This document shows, piece by piece, positions 1 to 8,586 of a stretch of 32,000 nt of DNA (within the stretch, counting starts at the first letter, position 1; each line of letters opens with the position of its first letter). The stretch comes from Geopsychrobacteraceae bacterium (GTDB lineage: Bacteria; Desulfobacterota; Desulfuromonadia; Desulfuromonadales; Geopsychrobacteraceae). The notes below the pieces were generated by a model. That model worked only from the letters and a program-made list of their open reading frames with translations. It had not been told where the DNA came from and did no database searches. The stretch covers positions 2,411,877 through 2,443,876 of the forward strand of contig OY781919.1 of NCBI GenBank assembly GCA_963677215.1, in the 5' to 3' direction. The translations under genes were made by a program, and so were the position numbers.

Positions 1-1642
1 GGTCTTCAAGGGAGAGGAGTTCGAGCCTGTTGACGCTGTAGCCGGTCATTTTTAGAAAAGTGGGGTTGCCGTAGCGGCAGCGATTATCAAGTACCAGCAG
101 GGTCCCTTCCGTTGTCGCCTCAACGAGCGAGCGATAGCGTTGTTCCGCCAGGCGCAGATCTTCCTGCATATCGAGACGTCGGTTCTCCTGCAAGACACTC
201 TGGCGCACGTTGACGAGCAGAACGATGAGAATCAGGGCAACAATGCCGCTCAGGGTATAGGTCAGTTTTTTTTCAATCTGCCAGATCTCGCGATGAACAT
301 CATCGATGTACATGCCGGTGCCGATAACCCAGTCCCACGGCTCGAATCTGACGACATAGGATTCCTTTGCCGCCAGACGTTCCGGATCATCCTGCCATTG
401 CCAGACATAGGCGGCAAAGCCGCCTCCGTGCTTTCTCACCGTTTCGACAAATTCGACGAAAATGGGGGTGCCGCGGGGATCCTTGAAGCTGGAGAGGTCC
501 TTGCCGTTGAGTTCAGGGCGATAGGGATGCATGATCATGCGTGGCGACAGGTCCTGAATCCAGAAATAGTCCTTACCGTCCTTGCCGAAACGCAGGGCGT
601 TGATGGTCTTGCTCACCCGTTGTTGCGCCTCAGTGCGTGAAACCTTGCCGAGCAGTTCGTCCTGGTGGGCCTCGGCAAGCAGACTCAGGGTTATATTGGT
701 GTATTCCTGAATCATGTTCCGTTTGCGATCGATCAGGATGTTCTCAAGTGACGGGAGGACCATGCCCCAAATGGCGATAACAAAGAGCAGGATCGCCAGG
801 AGTGAGGGCAGGACAATGCGGGGGCGCAGAAAGATCCATGGGGTACGCCGTTTTCTTCGCCTTGTTTCCTGGTGCTGAGATTCAATCTCCACGTCCGCCG
901 GAATTGGGTCATTGCTGAGCGAGCGCACCGTTTGCCGCCAGATTTCACTGGGAATATCGCAGTATAAACTGTCATCGATGTCTGCGACCATCTTATGAAT
1001 GTCGGTCCCGGCACAGACCAGTAACTCATGGTCCTCCAACTGTTTACGTAAGGCTTCTTGTTGTGTCGCTGCTCCGCAGCTGCTGTAGCCCTCAAAGCCG
1101 TCCAGGCCCATCGCCAATAATTCTTCGATGGTTGAGGAAAGGAGATCGAGATCGCTATCGATTACCAGTGGATGAGCGAGGAAGGCCCGACCGCCGCTGC
1201 GATGGATCAGTCCGATGGCCTCTTTGGTTTCGAGATATCCATTCTCAACCACACCGGGCGCCGGTTTTCCGTTTGGGGCAGAGGCCCGCTGCGACGGCAT
1301 TTGCCGTAGCGGTCCCTGCACCCTGGAGCGACGATTGTGCCTGAGATGTTCGAGGGTTGAGAGCAGTTCAGGGTCTGCAGTGTCGATACCGTAGCCGAGC
1401 AGATGGAGCTCTTTGCCATTGTGGAAGCTGGTGATCTCAACGCCGGCGAGAAAGCCGATATGATACCGCTTCAAGGCTTCGTGGAAGCGTGCGACCCCGG
1501 CGACAGAATCATGATCCGTGAGCGCAGCGAATTGCACTTTGGCTTCCGCCAGTTTTTGGGCCAGCAGTTCAGGTGCATACTCGCCGTCGCTGAAGGTTGA
1601 ATGACAGTGAAGGTTGACGCGTATGGTTTCTGTTGGGAACAT
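1..1642 (-). CDS. Membrane sensor protein: N-terminal PHP phosphoesterase domain, TM, periplasmic single-Cache domain, TM, PAS. The C-terminus and output domain run off the window.
   Basis: Absent from the supplied ORF track because it stays open to the window edge. Reverse-strand translation starts at the ATG on complement 1640-1642, with in-frame TAA TAG just upstream. It gives MFPTETIRVNLHCHSTFSDGEY..LTDHDSVAG..GGRAFLAHP..GTDIH (PHP-type metal-binding motifs). Next comes hydrophobic span IVLPSLLAILLFVIAIWGMVLP, then YFWIQDLSPRMIMHPYRPELNGKDL..WDWVIGTGMYIDDV (Cache-type). A second hydrophobic span LSGIVALILIVLLVNV follows, then YRSLVEATTEGTLLVLDNRCRYGNPTFLKMTGYS (start of a PAS domain). Confidence 0.8.
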   Translation of the reverse strand, partial: MFPTETIRVNLHCHSTFSDGEYAPELLAQKLAEAKVQFAALTDHDSVAGVARFHEALKRYHIGFLAGVEITSFHNGKELHLLGYGIDTADPELLSTLEHLRHNRRSRVQGPLRQMPSQRASAPNGKPAPGVVENGYLETKEAIGLIHRSGGRAFLAHPLVIDSDLDLLSSTIEELLAMGLDGFEGYSSCGAATQQEALRKQLEDHELLVCAGTDIHKMVADIDDSLYCDIPSEIWRQTVRSLSNDPIPADVEIESQHQETRRRKRRTPWIFLRPRIVLPSLLAILLFVIAIWGMVLPSLENILIDRKRNMIQEYTNITLSLLAEAHQDELLGKVSRTEAQQRVSKTINALRFGKDGKDYFWIQDLSPRMIMHPYRPELNGKDLSSFKDPRGTPIFVEFVETVRKHGGGFAAYVWQWQDDPERLAAKESYVVRFEPWDWVIGTGMYIDDVHREIWQIEKKLTYTLSGIVALILIVLLVNVRQSVLQENRRLDMQEDLRLAEQRYRSLVEATTEGTLLVLDNRCRYGNPTFLKMTGYSVNRLELLSLED

Positions 1643-1796
1643 CGAGTACCCCGTAAACTATTAAATTTCTTCTCTTGCTGGAGTGCTAAAACTCTATGCG
1701 GTCATCCACCCACAAGGATACCTGGCACTGTAGTCGCAGGATCATAAGGAGCCTGTAATATTGTAACAAAAATACCGTACAGAGGTTCTTCACGAC

Positions 1797-1831
1797 ACAT
1801 CGCCGGTCTGCATACGCAGGACCGGCGATGT
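1797..1831 (-). terminator. GC-rich hairpin about 55 nt downstream of the symporter stop; candidate non-canonical terminator with no U-tract
   Basis: Perfect 12-bp inverted repeat acatcgccggtc (1797-1808) / gaccggcgatgt (1820-1831) with an 11-nt loop. Neither strand has a T-run after it. Confidence 0.4.
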
Positions 1832-1885
1832 CCTCTTCCCTAGCGTGAGTCAAGTGACTGTGGTCGAACGGGTATTACAGCGGCA

Positions 1886-3604
1886 TCAGTCGTTATCGGG
1901 TTGATGCGCAATGGCCATGAATTTATCCGGATCATCGCCGGTGTCACTGGTTAGTGCGGTAACGACAAGCAGGACGATGGCGGAAGCGATGACACCGAAG
2001 AGCCCTGGTCCGCCGCCGACAGGCAAGCCGACAATGGTGTAACCGGGACCTTTGGCGAAGAGCAGAATAATGAAGATCACAGAGACGACGAGTCCGGTGA
2101 GGATACTGGCCATGATCGCCTGTTTCGTGGCGCGTCTCCACCAGAGTGTTGCGCACATGGCCGGGAAGACGGCGCTTGCGGCGATACCGAAGGCCAGCAT
2201 GACGAGCCAGGCTATATTTTCACCCTTCAGAAAGACGGCCAGGCAGACGGCAATTGCGGACATGGCCAGGGTGGTGAGCTTGGCGATGCCGAGTTCCTGT
2301 TTCTCGGTGGCATTCCTGTTGATGTAGACCTTGTAGAGATCGTGACTGACCGAAGAGGCCACGGTGATCATGAGTCCGGCTGAGGTGGAGAGGATCGCCG
2401 CGACGGCGCCAGCGGCACCGACAGCCATCAGCCAGGTGCCACCGACACGGAAGCTCATTTCAAGAACGGCCATATTTTTGGCCAGGCCGACACCGAGTGT
2501 GCCCTGTGATATCCAGGTGACCAGTTTTGGATAGATACCGGGGAAGAGCAGGAAGCCGAGGATGATGGCTGCCAGGTAGAAGAGCCCGAGAGCGACGATA
2601 CAGAGGGCGACGCTCTTTTTGGCAGCTTTGGCACTTGGAACGGTGAAGAACATGATGAGGATATGCGGCAGACCGGCGGTTCCGAAGACCAGGGCGACAA
2701 CCGTGGAAATCATGGCCAGGGTGCTGGACGTCTTGACGCCGATGGTCATGGCACTCTTGGCATCAGGCATCATTTGGCGGGCAACCTCGATGGCCTGGTC
2801 CGGAGGCAGGTTCCTGATGGCTTCGACTACGGCCATGTCCTTGCCGGCCAGCAGCGGCGGCACGATCTCTTTGGCCATTTCAAAAATCTGCAGGAAGTTG
2901 CCGTGCCCCACTTTAAAAAAGGCCAGGGTGATCAGAACGACCATCGTACCCCAGAGAAACAGGGCCTGGACAACCTGATTGTACAGGGTGGCCTTCATGC
3001 CACCGAAAATGATGTAGATACACATCAGAATGCCGAGGCCGATGGTCACCCAAACGAAGTTCCAGTGCAGCAGAAGTTCGAAGAGCAGGCCGGCACCGAG
3101 CATCTGCGGAACCAGGTAGAAGGTTGAGATGATGACTGTACAAAGCATGACGCACAGCTTGATGCGATCATCGTTGAAACGACTGTTCAGGGCTCCGGCA
3201 ACGGTAAAGGAACCGATGTTGCGCAAGGGGCCTGCAATAAGCAGCAGAACGGCCATATAACCGCCGAAGAAGCCAATGGAGAGCCAGATGGAGTCGAGGC
3301 CGTAAACGCCGATATCGCCTGCGCAACCGAGGAAGCTGGCAGCGGAAAGATAGCTGCCGGTCATGGCGATACCGACCTGAACCCAGGGTACGCCCTTGCC
3401 GGCAACATAGAAGTCACTGGTGGATTTCATGGTGCGGCTTGTCCACCAGGTAATGACGATACTGACAAGGACGAAGAACAGAATAAAGCCAACGACGATG
3501 GGGATGTTCAAAGTCGCCTCTTCTTGTCCAGGGGCTGCAAAGGCTTGCAGCGGAGAGCTCAGGGCAACGATTAGAAAGGCAAATTGTCTAAGAGCTTTTG
3601 GCAT
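1886..3604 (-). CDS. Sodium:solute symporter family permease, cation/acetate symporter (ActP)-like, 572 aa
   Basis: Multi-TM protein with the SSF signature region VPWVQVGIAMTGSYLSAASFLGCAGD..LLLIAGPLRNIGSFTVAGAL, which resembles ActP. I prefer the start at MPKALRQ (3604) over the track start at 3739. GGAGG lies 8 nt upstream, and the ATG overlaps the upstream gene's TAA as TAATG. Confidence 0.9.
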   Translation of the reverse strand: MPKALRQFAFLIVALSSPLQAFAAPGQEEATLNIPIVVGFILFFVLVSIVITWWTSRTMKSTSDFYVAGKGVPWVQVGIAMTGSYLSAASFLGCAGDIGVYGLDSIWLSIGFFGGYMAVLLLIAGPLRNIGSFTVAGALNSRFNDDRIKLCVMLCTVIISTFYLVPQMLGAGLLFELLLHWNFVWVTIGLGILMCIYIIFGGMKATLYNQVVQALFLWGTMVVLITLAFFKVGHGNFLQIFEMAKEIVPPLLAGKDMAVVEAIRNLPPDQAIEVARQMMPDAKSAMTIGVKTSSTLAMISTVVALVFGTAGLPHILIMFFTVPSAKAAKKSVALCIVALGLFYLAAIILGFLLFPGIYPKLVTWISQGTLGVGLAKNMAVLEMSFRVGGTWLMAVGAAGAVAAILSTSAGLMITVASSVSHDLYKVYINRNATEKQELGIAKLTTLAMSAIAVCLAVFLKGENIAWLVMLAFGIAASAVFPAMCATLWWRRATKQAIMASILTGLVVSVIFIILLFAKGPGYTIVGLPVGGGPGLFGVIASAIVLLVVTALTSDTGDDPDKFMAIAHQPDND

Positions 3605-3837
3605 TATTTTGACCTCCAGAACCAAATGATCATGATGATCCATGAGACGGGAAAAACGAGCAAGGAAAGCAGTACTCCAAGTGGCAGCCCGAGTACGGGT
3701 AGGTAGGCAATATCCTTGAACGTCGGCGTCTGGATACATGCCGAAACCAGGTAGAAAATAAAAAAGATGAAAAACAAACTGAAATTGAATAACGCCTTTT
3801 TCTTTAATGCATTATTGGATGCTGAACCAGGTGTCAT
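3604..3837 (-). CDS. Small 2-TM membrane protein, putative symporter small subunit (DUF4212/DUF485-like), 77 aa
   Basis: Position immediately upstream of the SSF permease with a 1-nt TAATG overlap. Two hydrophobic spans (LFNFSLFFIFFIFYLV; LGLPLGVLLSLLVFPVSWIIMIIWF). Start at MTPGS has GGAGG 5 nt upstream. Family assignment rests on context and shape only. Confidence 0.6.
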   Translation of the reverse strand: MTPGSASNNALKKKALFNFSLFFIFFIFYLVSACIQTPTFKDIAYLPVLGLPLGVLLSLLVFPVSWIIMIIWFWRSK

Positions 3838-4124
3838 AATTCCTCCGTTAGTAATAATTGTTTTCCAACTTAATGAATTATCTAGTTCCAACAGGAAGAG
3901 GCCTTAATACTTTACCGGAAAATTTAAAGTTTACAGGGGAAATGTTGATCTAGGTTTAAGAATTGTAAAGATAATCCGGAGGTTTGAGGCTTATTAACTA
4001 CTCAATGGTAAAAAAGTAGATTAGTGGTAATGGGGATTTGATGCAGATTTTGGATGTGCCACACCGAGATACGTTCTGTAATAACGCCCTCGTGACCTTG
4101 TTGTACGGAAATGTGTTTATGCAG

Positions 4125-4155
4125 AAATGGCCTCTCATGTGGTGAGAGGCCATTT
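4125..4155 (-). terminator. Strong hairpin about 85 nt downstream of the 410-aa gene; candidate terminator/insulator
   Basis: Perfect 13-bp inverted repeat aaatggcctctca (4125-4137) / tgagaggccattt (4143-4155) with a 5-nt loop. The T-rich tail is better on the + strand (tttgttgt), but only the - strand has a gene ending nearby. Confidence 0.5.
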
Positions 4156-4239
4156 GTTGTAGTGTATTTACCCTCGTTAAGTACGGTGGTAACGTCTTTA
4201 TATTGTTTTCTTGTGCGGTATGGGTATCTGTGTGCTCAT

Positions 4240-5472
4240 CTACGTCTTAAAGTTAATATCAAAGGGGTATCCTGGATTAGAAATAATATTTTTCAGGGTT
4301 TTGAGGCTGGTTTCAAAGCTATTGTCATTGTTGAAAATTGTATATTCGGTCGGGCACTGTCTGGAAAAATGTTCAAACATCATCTGATCATATAACCGAT
4401 GCCCGGCGGCCGTAATTTCCTGCTTTCGGCCTTGGATTGTTTCATAGCTGGCAATGCAATGGATTGTCGGTGTTCTTTGGCCCAGAAAGTTTGAAACCGG
4501 ATAGAATTTTGACCAGCGTGGCTTGTCTGTCTGGCGGTGCAGACATAAAAAATCAGCCAGGCTGCGGTCATAAATCATAATCTTTTTACGGTTTGAAAGT
4601 TTTTTCAGTGTGAGCCCCAGGCAGGCACGCAGATAGATCAGTCCGGAAAACCTTTCATCAAACAGATCCCGGTTGGGGAAGATCGGATGTAACAGAAGTA
4701 ACGATATTTTGTAGAGCATGGATAGGCGGTAGAGGCGTTTTCCGCGAAAAGATTTGGCAGGTGGGGAGGTTCTCTTGGCCAATGCCATTACCAGGGAGGT
4801 TTTCCCGACCCCGTCACAGCCCATGATACACAGCATGTTTCGACCACCCTGCAATCGCTTTCGGCAGTTATTTCTCAAGGGAGTTTGCTTCGGAGGCAGG
4901 GCTGCTAAAATCAATGTCAATGTTTTCTGCAGATCCTGCTTGTTCACCTGCCCATTTTCAACCGTCCGTTGCAGAGCTTCCAGGACCAGAGTTTCGCTGC
5001 ACCTGCCCAGATAATCTTCCAGTCTCTGGTGGATGTAATTCAAGGACAGGTCTTTATTCTTTAGCGCTAGATGGTGCAGGTAAATACTGGCTTCAATATC
5101 AACCTTAATGCGGCAGATAGAGAGATCATCGTTGTTTTCGGCAGCTGCTTGCAATGCCTCATAGGTCAGGGGAACTTTTGTCCCGAACAGTTGAGGAAGA
5201 ACATACCACAGATCGAGCCTCAGGCTCTTCAGCCCGTCCCGTGAATATAAAGTCAGCATTTTTTTGCCAAATTTTCGGGCTCCGATGTGGGCGTGACAAT
5301 AACCTTTTTTGACCCAGGTGTAGGCCTCAGCAGTTAGCGCATTTATCGATTCTTCACTGGCCAGGAAATCAATATCGCCACGGTTGATGTCAGCAGCGGA
5401 AATAAGGTCTCCGCGTAGTTGAATCAACCGCCAGGGGCCTGACAGAATGTTGCTGATACATTTTTCTATCAT
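4240..5472 (-). CDS. Orphan hypothetical protein: N-terminal nucleotidyltransferase-fold-like region fused to a C-terminal P-loop (thymidylate-kinase-like) NTPase/kinase domain, 410 aa
   Basis: Long ORF in an AT-rich segment. The N-terminus LRGDLISAADINRGDIDFLASEE..LRLDLWYV fits the G[SD]..D-h-D-h plus a later acidic strand pattern of NTase folds. The C-terminal half has Walker A MGCDGVGKTSLVMALAKR and a later IMIYDRSLADF (DR-type motif of dNMP/dN kinase-like folds). Confidence 0.75.
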   Translation of the reverse strand: MIEKCISNILSGPWRLIQLRGDLISAADINRGDIDFLASEESINALTAEAYTWVKKGYCHAHIGARKFGKKMLTLYSRDGLKSLRLDLWYVLPQLFGTKVPLTYEALQAAAENNDDLSICRIKVDIEASIYLHHLALKNKDLSLNYIHQRLEDYLGRCSETLVLEALQRTVENGQVNKQDLQKTLTLILAALPPKQTPLRNNCRKRLQGGRNMLCIMGCDGVGKTSLVMALAKRTSPPAKSFRGKRLYRLSMLYKISLLLLHPIFPNRDLFDERFSGLIYLRACLGLTLKKLSNRKKIMIYDRSLADFLCLHRQTDKPRWSKFYPVSNFLGQRTPTIHCIASYETIQGRKQEITAAGHRLYDQMMFEHFSRQCPTEYTIFNNDNSFETSLKTLKNIISNPGYPFDINFKT

Positions 5473-5550
5473 ACGGATAACCTGTCCATTTTATCAATGT
5501 TGCACAAATGTATAATGACCAACAGAAGCATTCCGTTGGTGCAGGACGAG

Positions 5551-5589
5551 ATAAAACAATAGCACCCTGTCGCTAAACAGAGTGCTATT
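5551..5589 (-). terminator. Rho-independent terminator of ettA
   Basis: 13-bp stem with one mismatch: aatagcaccctgt (5558-5570) / acagagtgctatt (5577-5589), 6-nt loop. On the - strand it is followed by GTTTTATCT. It lies about 85 nt after the ettA stop. Confidence 0.7.
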
Positions 5590-5673
5590 ACCAATCCTCA
5601 ATTCGTCATATTGCACAGTCCATGATTTTTGAAAGTTCGAATATCGCGCAATCAACTTGGGTGTCGTGACCGA

Positions 5674-7350
5674 TCACTGACGGGTCAACGACCGGTACCT
5701 GATCCGGTGCGGCTGATCGGCGTCACGGCCCAGGCGGCGTTTGCGGTCTTCTTCGTATTCGGAGTAGTTGCCTTCGAACCAGACAACCTGGGAATCCCCT
5801 TCAAAGGCCAGCATGTGGGTAGCGATGCGGTCGAGGAACCAGCGGTCGTGGCTGATGACCACGGCGCAGCCGCCGTAGTTTTCCAGACCTTCTTCAAGAG
5901 CGCGCAGGGTGTTGACGTCGAGATCGTTGGTCGGTTCGTCAAGCAGCAGGACGTTGGCTTCTTCGCGCAGCATCTTGGCCAGGTGGACGCGGTTACGCTC
6001 GCCACCGGAGAGGACGCCGACCTTCTTCTGTTGATCGGAGCCGGAGAAGTTGAAGCGGGCCACATAGGCGCGCGAGTTGAGCGATTTGCCACCCATGACG
6101 ATGGTGTCCTGACCACCGCAGACCTCTTCCCAGATGGTCTTGTTGCTGTCGAGTTCACGCCCCTGATCGACGTAGCCTAGCTTGACCGTTTCGCCAACCT
6201 TGAAGCTGCCGGCATCCGGCTGTTCCTGGCCGGTGATCATCTTGAACAGGGTCGACTTACCGGCGCCGTTGGGGCCGATGACGCCGACGATCCCGCCAGG
6301 AGGCAGGTTGAAGGTCAGGTCGTCGATCAGCAGCCGCTCACCGAAGCCTTTGCTGATCTCCTTGGCCTCAACAACGATGTTACCCAGACGTGGTCCCGGC
6401 GGAATGAACAGCTCGAGGGTCTGCTCCTTGGCCAGGCCTTCGTTGCCGAGCAGCTTCTCATAGGAGTTTATGCGGGCCTGGGATTTGGCGTGACGCCCTT
6501 TAGGCGACATGCGAATCCACTCGAGCTCACGCTGCAGGGTCTGCTGACGTTTGCTCTCGGCTTTTTCTTCCTTGCGCAGACGTTCCTGCTTCTGTTCCAG
6601 CCAGCTGGAGTAGTTGCCCTTCCATGGAATTCCGTGGCCGCGGTCAAGTTCAAGAATCCAGCCGGCGACGTTGTCAAGGAAGTAACGGTCGTGGGTGACC
6701 GCGATGACGGTGCCTTGGTAGCGCTGCAGGTGCTGCTCCAGCCAGGCGACGGTTTCGGCGTCCAGGTGGTTGGTGGGCTCATCCAAAAGCAGGATATCCG
6801 GTTTGTTCAGAAGCAAACGGCAGAGGGCGACGCGGCGTTTTTCACCACCGGAGAGGTTCTTGACCGGGGTCTCAGGCGGCGGGCAGCGCAGTGCTTCTTC
6901 TGCCAGTTCCAGGCGGGAGTCGAGCTCCCAGGCGTCGGCGGCGTCCAGTTTGTCCTGCACTACGGCCTGGCGGGCGAGCAGCTTGTCCATGTCGCAGTCT
7001 GGGTCGGCAAAAGCGTTGTTGATCTCCTCGAATTCGGCGAGCAGATCGACGACCTCCTGAACCCCTTCCTTTACAACTTCACGGACGGTCTTGCTGTCGT
7101 CGAGCTGTGGTTCCTGCTCCAGGTAGCCGACGCTGTAACCCTCGGAGAGTACGGCTTCTCCCTGAAATTCCTTGTCGACACCGGCCATGATTTTCAGCAG
7201 GGTCGACTTACCGGAACCGTTGAGACCTAAGACGCCGATCTTGGCACCGTAGAAGTAGGAGAGGGAGATGTCCTTGATGATCGGCTGTTTGTTGTAGCTC
7301 TTGCTGACCTTCATCATGGAGTAGATGACTTTTTTTGTGTCTTCGCTCAT
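5674..7350 (-). CDS. ettA: ABC-F ATPase, energy-dependent translational throttle protein EttA, 558 aa
   Basis: Two ABC cassettes ([38 protein letters not shown]; [38 protein letters not shown]) and no TM domain. Size and the N-terminus [23 protein letters not shown] are typical of EttA. Confidence 0.93.
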   Translation of the reverse strand: MSEDTKKVIYSMMKVSKSYNKQPIIKDISLSYFYGAKIGVLGLNGSGKSTLLKIMAGVDKEFQGEAVLSEGYSVGYLEQEPQLDDSKTVREVVKEGVQEVVDLLAEFEEINNAFADPDCDMDKLLARQAVVQDKLDAADAWELDSRLELAEEALRCPPPETPVKNLSGGEKRRVALCRLLLNKPDILLLDEPTNHLDAETVAWLEQHLQRYQGTVIAVTHDRYFLDNVAGWILELDRGHGIPWKGNYSSWLEQKQERLRKEEKAESKRQQTLQRELEWIRMSPKGRHAKSQARINSYEKLLGNEGLAKEQTLELFIPPGPRLGNIVVEAKEISKGFGERLLIDDLTFNLPPGGIVGVIGPNGAGKSTLFKMITGQEQPDAGSFKVGETVKLGYVDQGRELDSNKTIWEEVCGGQDTIVMGGKSLNSRAYVARFNFSGSDQQKKVGVLSGGERNRVHLAKMLREEANVLLLDEPTNDLDVNTLRALEEGLENYGGCAVVISHDRWFLDRIATHMLAFEGDSQVVWFEGNYSEYEEDRKRRLGRDADQPHRIRYRSLTRQ

Positions 7351-7371
7351 GCCTGACCTTTAATGGTATTG

Positions 7372-7399
7372 ATTATATGGTTGATTCAGGTACTGAAAA
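7372..7399 (-). promoter_or_regulatory. Candidate sigma-70 promoter for ettA
   Basis: Perfect TATAAT on the - strand (complement of 7372-7377). TTTTCA lies 16 nt upstream (complement of 7394-7399). The element sits about 20 nt upstream of the ettA ATG. Pattern match only. Confidence 0.35.
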
Positions 7400-7437
7400 G
7401 AGTCTGTATAGCATCGCCGGAGGGCTTGCTGCAAGTC

Positions 7438-8586
7438 TCACTTTGGCTGACTGAGCTGTTCCCGGGCGTTCTCTTCCATCTGTTCTATGGCAATGAGAAA
7501 CGATTCGGTCAGTTGCGGGTGAAGCAGTTGCCCGCTGCTCTCGGTCATGATCTGCTTGATCTGGGCAAAGGTCAGCGGCTCCCTGTAGGTCCGTCTGGTA
7601 CGCAGCGCGTCATAAACGTCGGAGATGGTCGTCATGTAACTGCAGGTATTGAGTTGCCAATGGTCCGGAGTCTGGGGATAGCCTTTGCCGTTGTAGCCGA
7701 TATGGTGTTCGTAGGCGTTGACCACGGCCAGCTTCGGCGCGCCCGGGCAGCGCAACAGATATTCGGCGCCAAGTTGCGGGTGACGTTGCATCTGGGCCCA
7801 CTCTTGAGGATCCAGCTTGGTTTGCTTGTTGAGAATGTCCGGTGAAATGAACATCTTACCGACATCGTGGAGCATCGCTGCGATGCCGATCTGATTGAGG
7901 ATCTGGCCTTCAAAGCCGAGCAGCCGGGCCTGCGCCAGATTGAGCAGGCAGATGTTGGTTGAGTGGATGTAGGCATATTCATCCATGGAGCGCAGCGGTG
8001 CCAGGGCCAGCAGGGCCGAGCTGTGGGTGCTGAAGGCTGAGACAAAATCGTTGACCAGCTCAGAGATCCCGCCGATGTCGACATGTTTGCTGCGGCCGGC
8101 GGAAGCCTGAACCTCGTAAAACCGGTCTTCACCGTGCAGGCGGATTTCTGCCGCTGTTTCGGCCTGGGGAGAGGGGGGCTTCTGTCTGCTGCGCACGGCA
8201 ACACGGCCAAAACGGATGTGTTCCGTTTTTCTCGGTTCTACTTTGCGGCTGTGCTTGCTCAGGGTTGTCGCCAGTCTGATCATCTCTTCACTAGAGACCC
8301 CGGAGCTGATTTCCAGAAAGCTGATCTGCTGGGCTGTCAGGGTTTCAATCAGCCGGTCTGTCATCATGTTGCGCGGCACCGGCTGGTCATTGAAGATCAG
8401 CTCGTTGTTGACTATCTTGAAAGTGACCATACTGTGATCATTCATCAGCAGGCGCATTTCTTCGCGAGCCTGCTGGCAGAGGTGATGGACCTGAGGGTGC
8501 TCGCTGTCGTAGAGGGAGATATTGGCCGCCGCAGTTGTGATCTGGCGGATAAAGGCGGCCAGGTATTTCTGTTCCTTGAACGTCAT
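7438..8586 (-). CDS. HD-GYP-type metal-dependent phosphohydrolase with an uncharacterised N-terminal domain (cassette A, small subunit), 382 aa
   Basis: Motifs DEYAYIHSTN, HDVGKMF, HPQLGAEYL, HHIGYNGKGYPQ and SDVYDALRTRRTYRE appear in HD-GYP order. The ATG overlaps the upstream gene's TGA as ATGA at 8583-8586. Confidence 0.88.
   Translation of the reverse strand: MTFKEQKYLAAFIRQITTAAANISLYDSEHPQVHHLCQQAREEMRLLMNDHSMVTFKIVNNELIFNDQPVPRNMMTDRLIETLTAQQISFLEISSGVSSEEMIRLATTLSKHSRKVEPRKTEHIRFGRVAVRSRQKPPSPQAETAAEIRLHGEDRFYEVQASAGRSKHVDIGGISELVNDFVSAFSTHSSALLALAPLRSMDEYAYIHSTNICLLNLAQARLLGFEGQILNQIGIAAMLHDVGKMFISPDILNKQTKLDPQEWAQMQRHPQLGAEYLLRCPGAPKLAVVNAYEHHIGYNGKGYPQTPDHWQLNTCSYMTTISDVYDALRTRRTYREPLTFAQIKQIMTESSGQLLHPQLTESFLIAIEQMEENAREQLSQPK

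Noticed and set aside
140-1600. Track ORFs 140-640(+), 733-1095(-), 1063-1344(+), 1207-1440(-) and 1403-1600(+)
   Set aside because: All overlap the single long minus-strand frame (1-1642) that encodes coherent PHP, Cache and PAS motifs. The listed ORFs are alternative-frame or antisense artefacts.
3605-3739. N-terminal 45-codon extension of the symporter ORF (track start at 3739)
   Set aside because: The extension overlaps the small-subunit gene in another frame and is non-hydrophobic junk (MYPDADVQGYCLPTRTRAA..). The internal ATG at 3604 has a GGAGG at proper spacing and a TAATG coupling junction.
4042-4061. TGGCAC on the minus strand upstream of the symporter operon (TGGCACatccaaaatcTGCA)
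   Set aside because: The candidate -12 GC lies 4 nt too far from the -24 GG, so it is not a functional sigma-54 geometry.
4111-4395. 94-aa + strand ORF in the AT-rich region
   Set aside because: It runs through the 13-bp hairpin and overlaps the 3' end of the 410-aa gene antisense. It has no RBS or motif, and the Cys/Leu/Val-rich sequence looks random.
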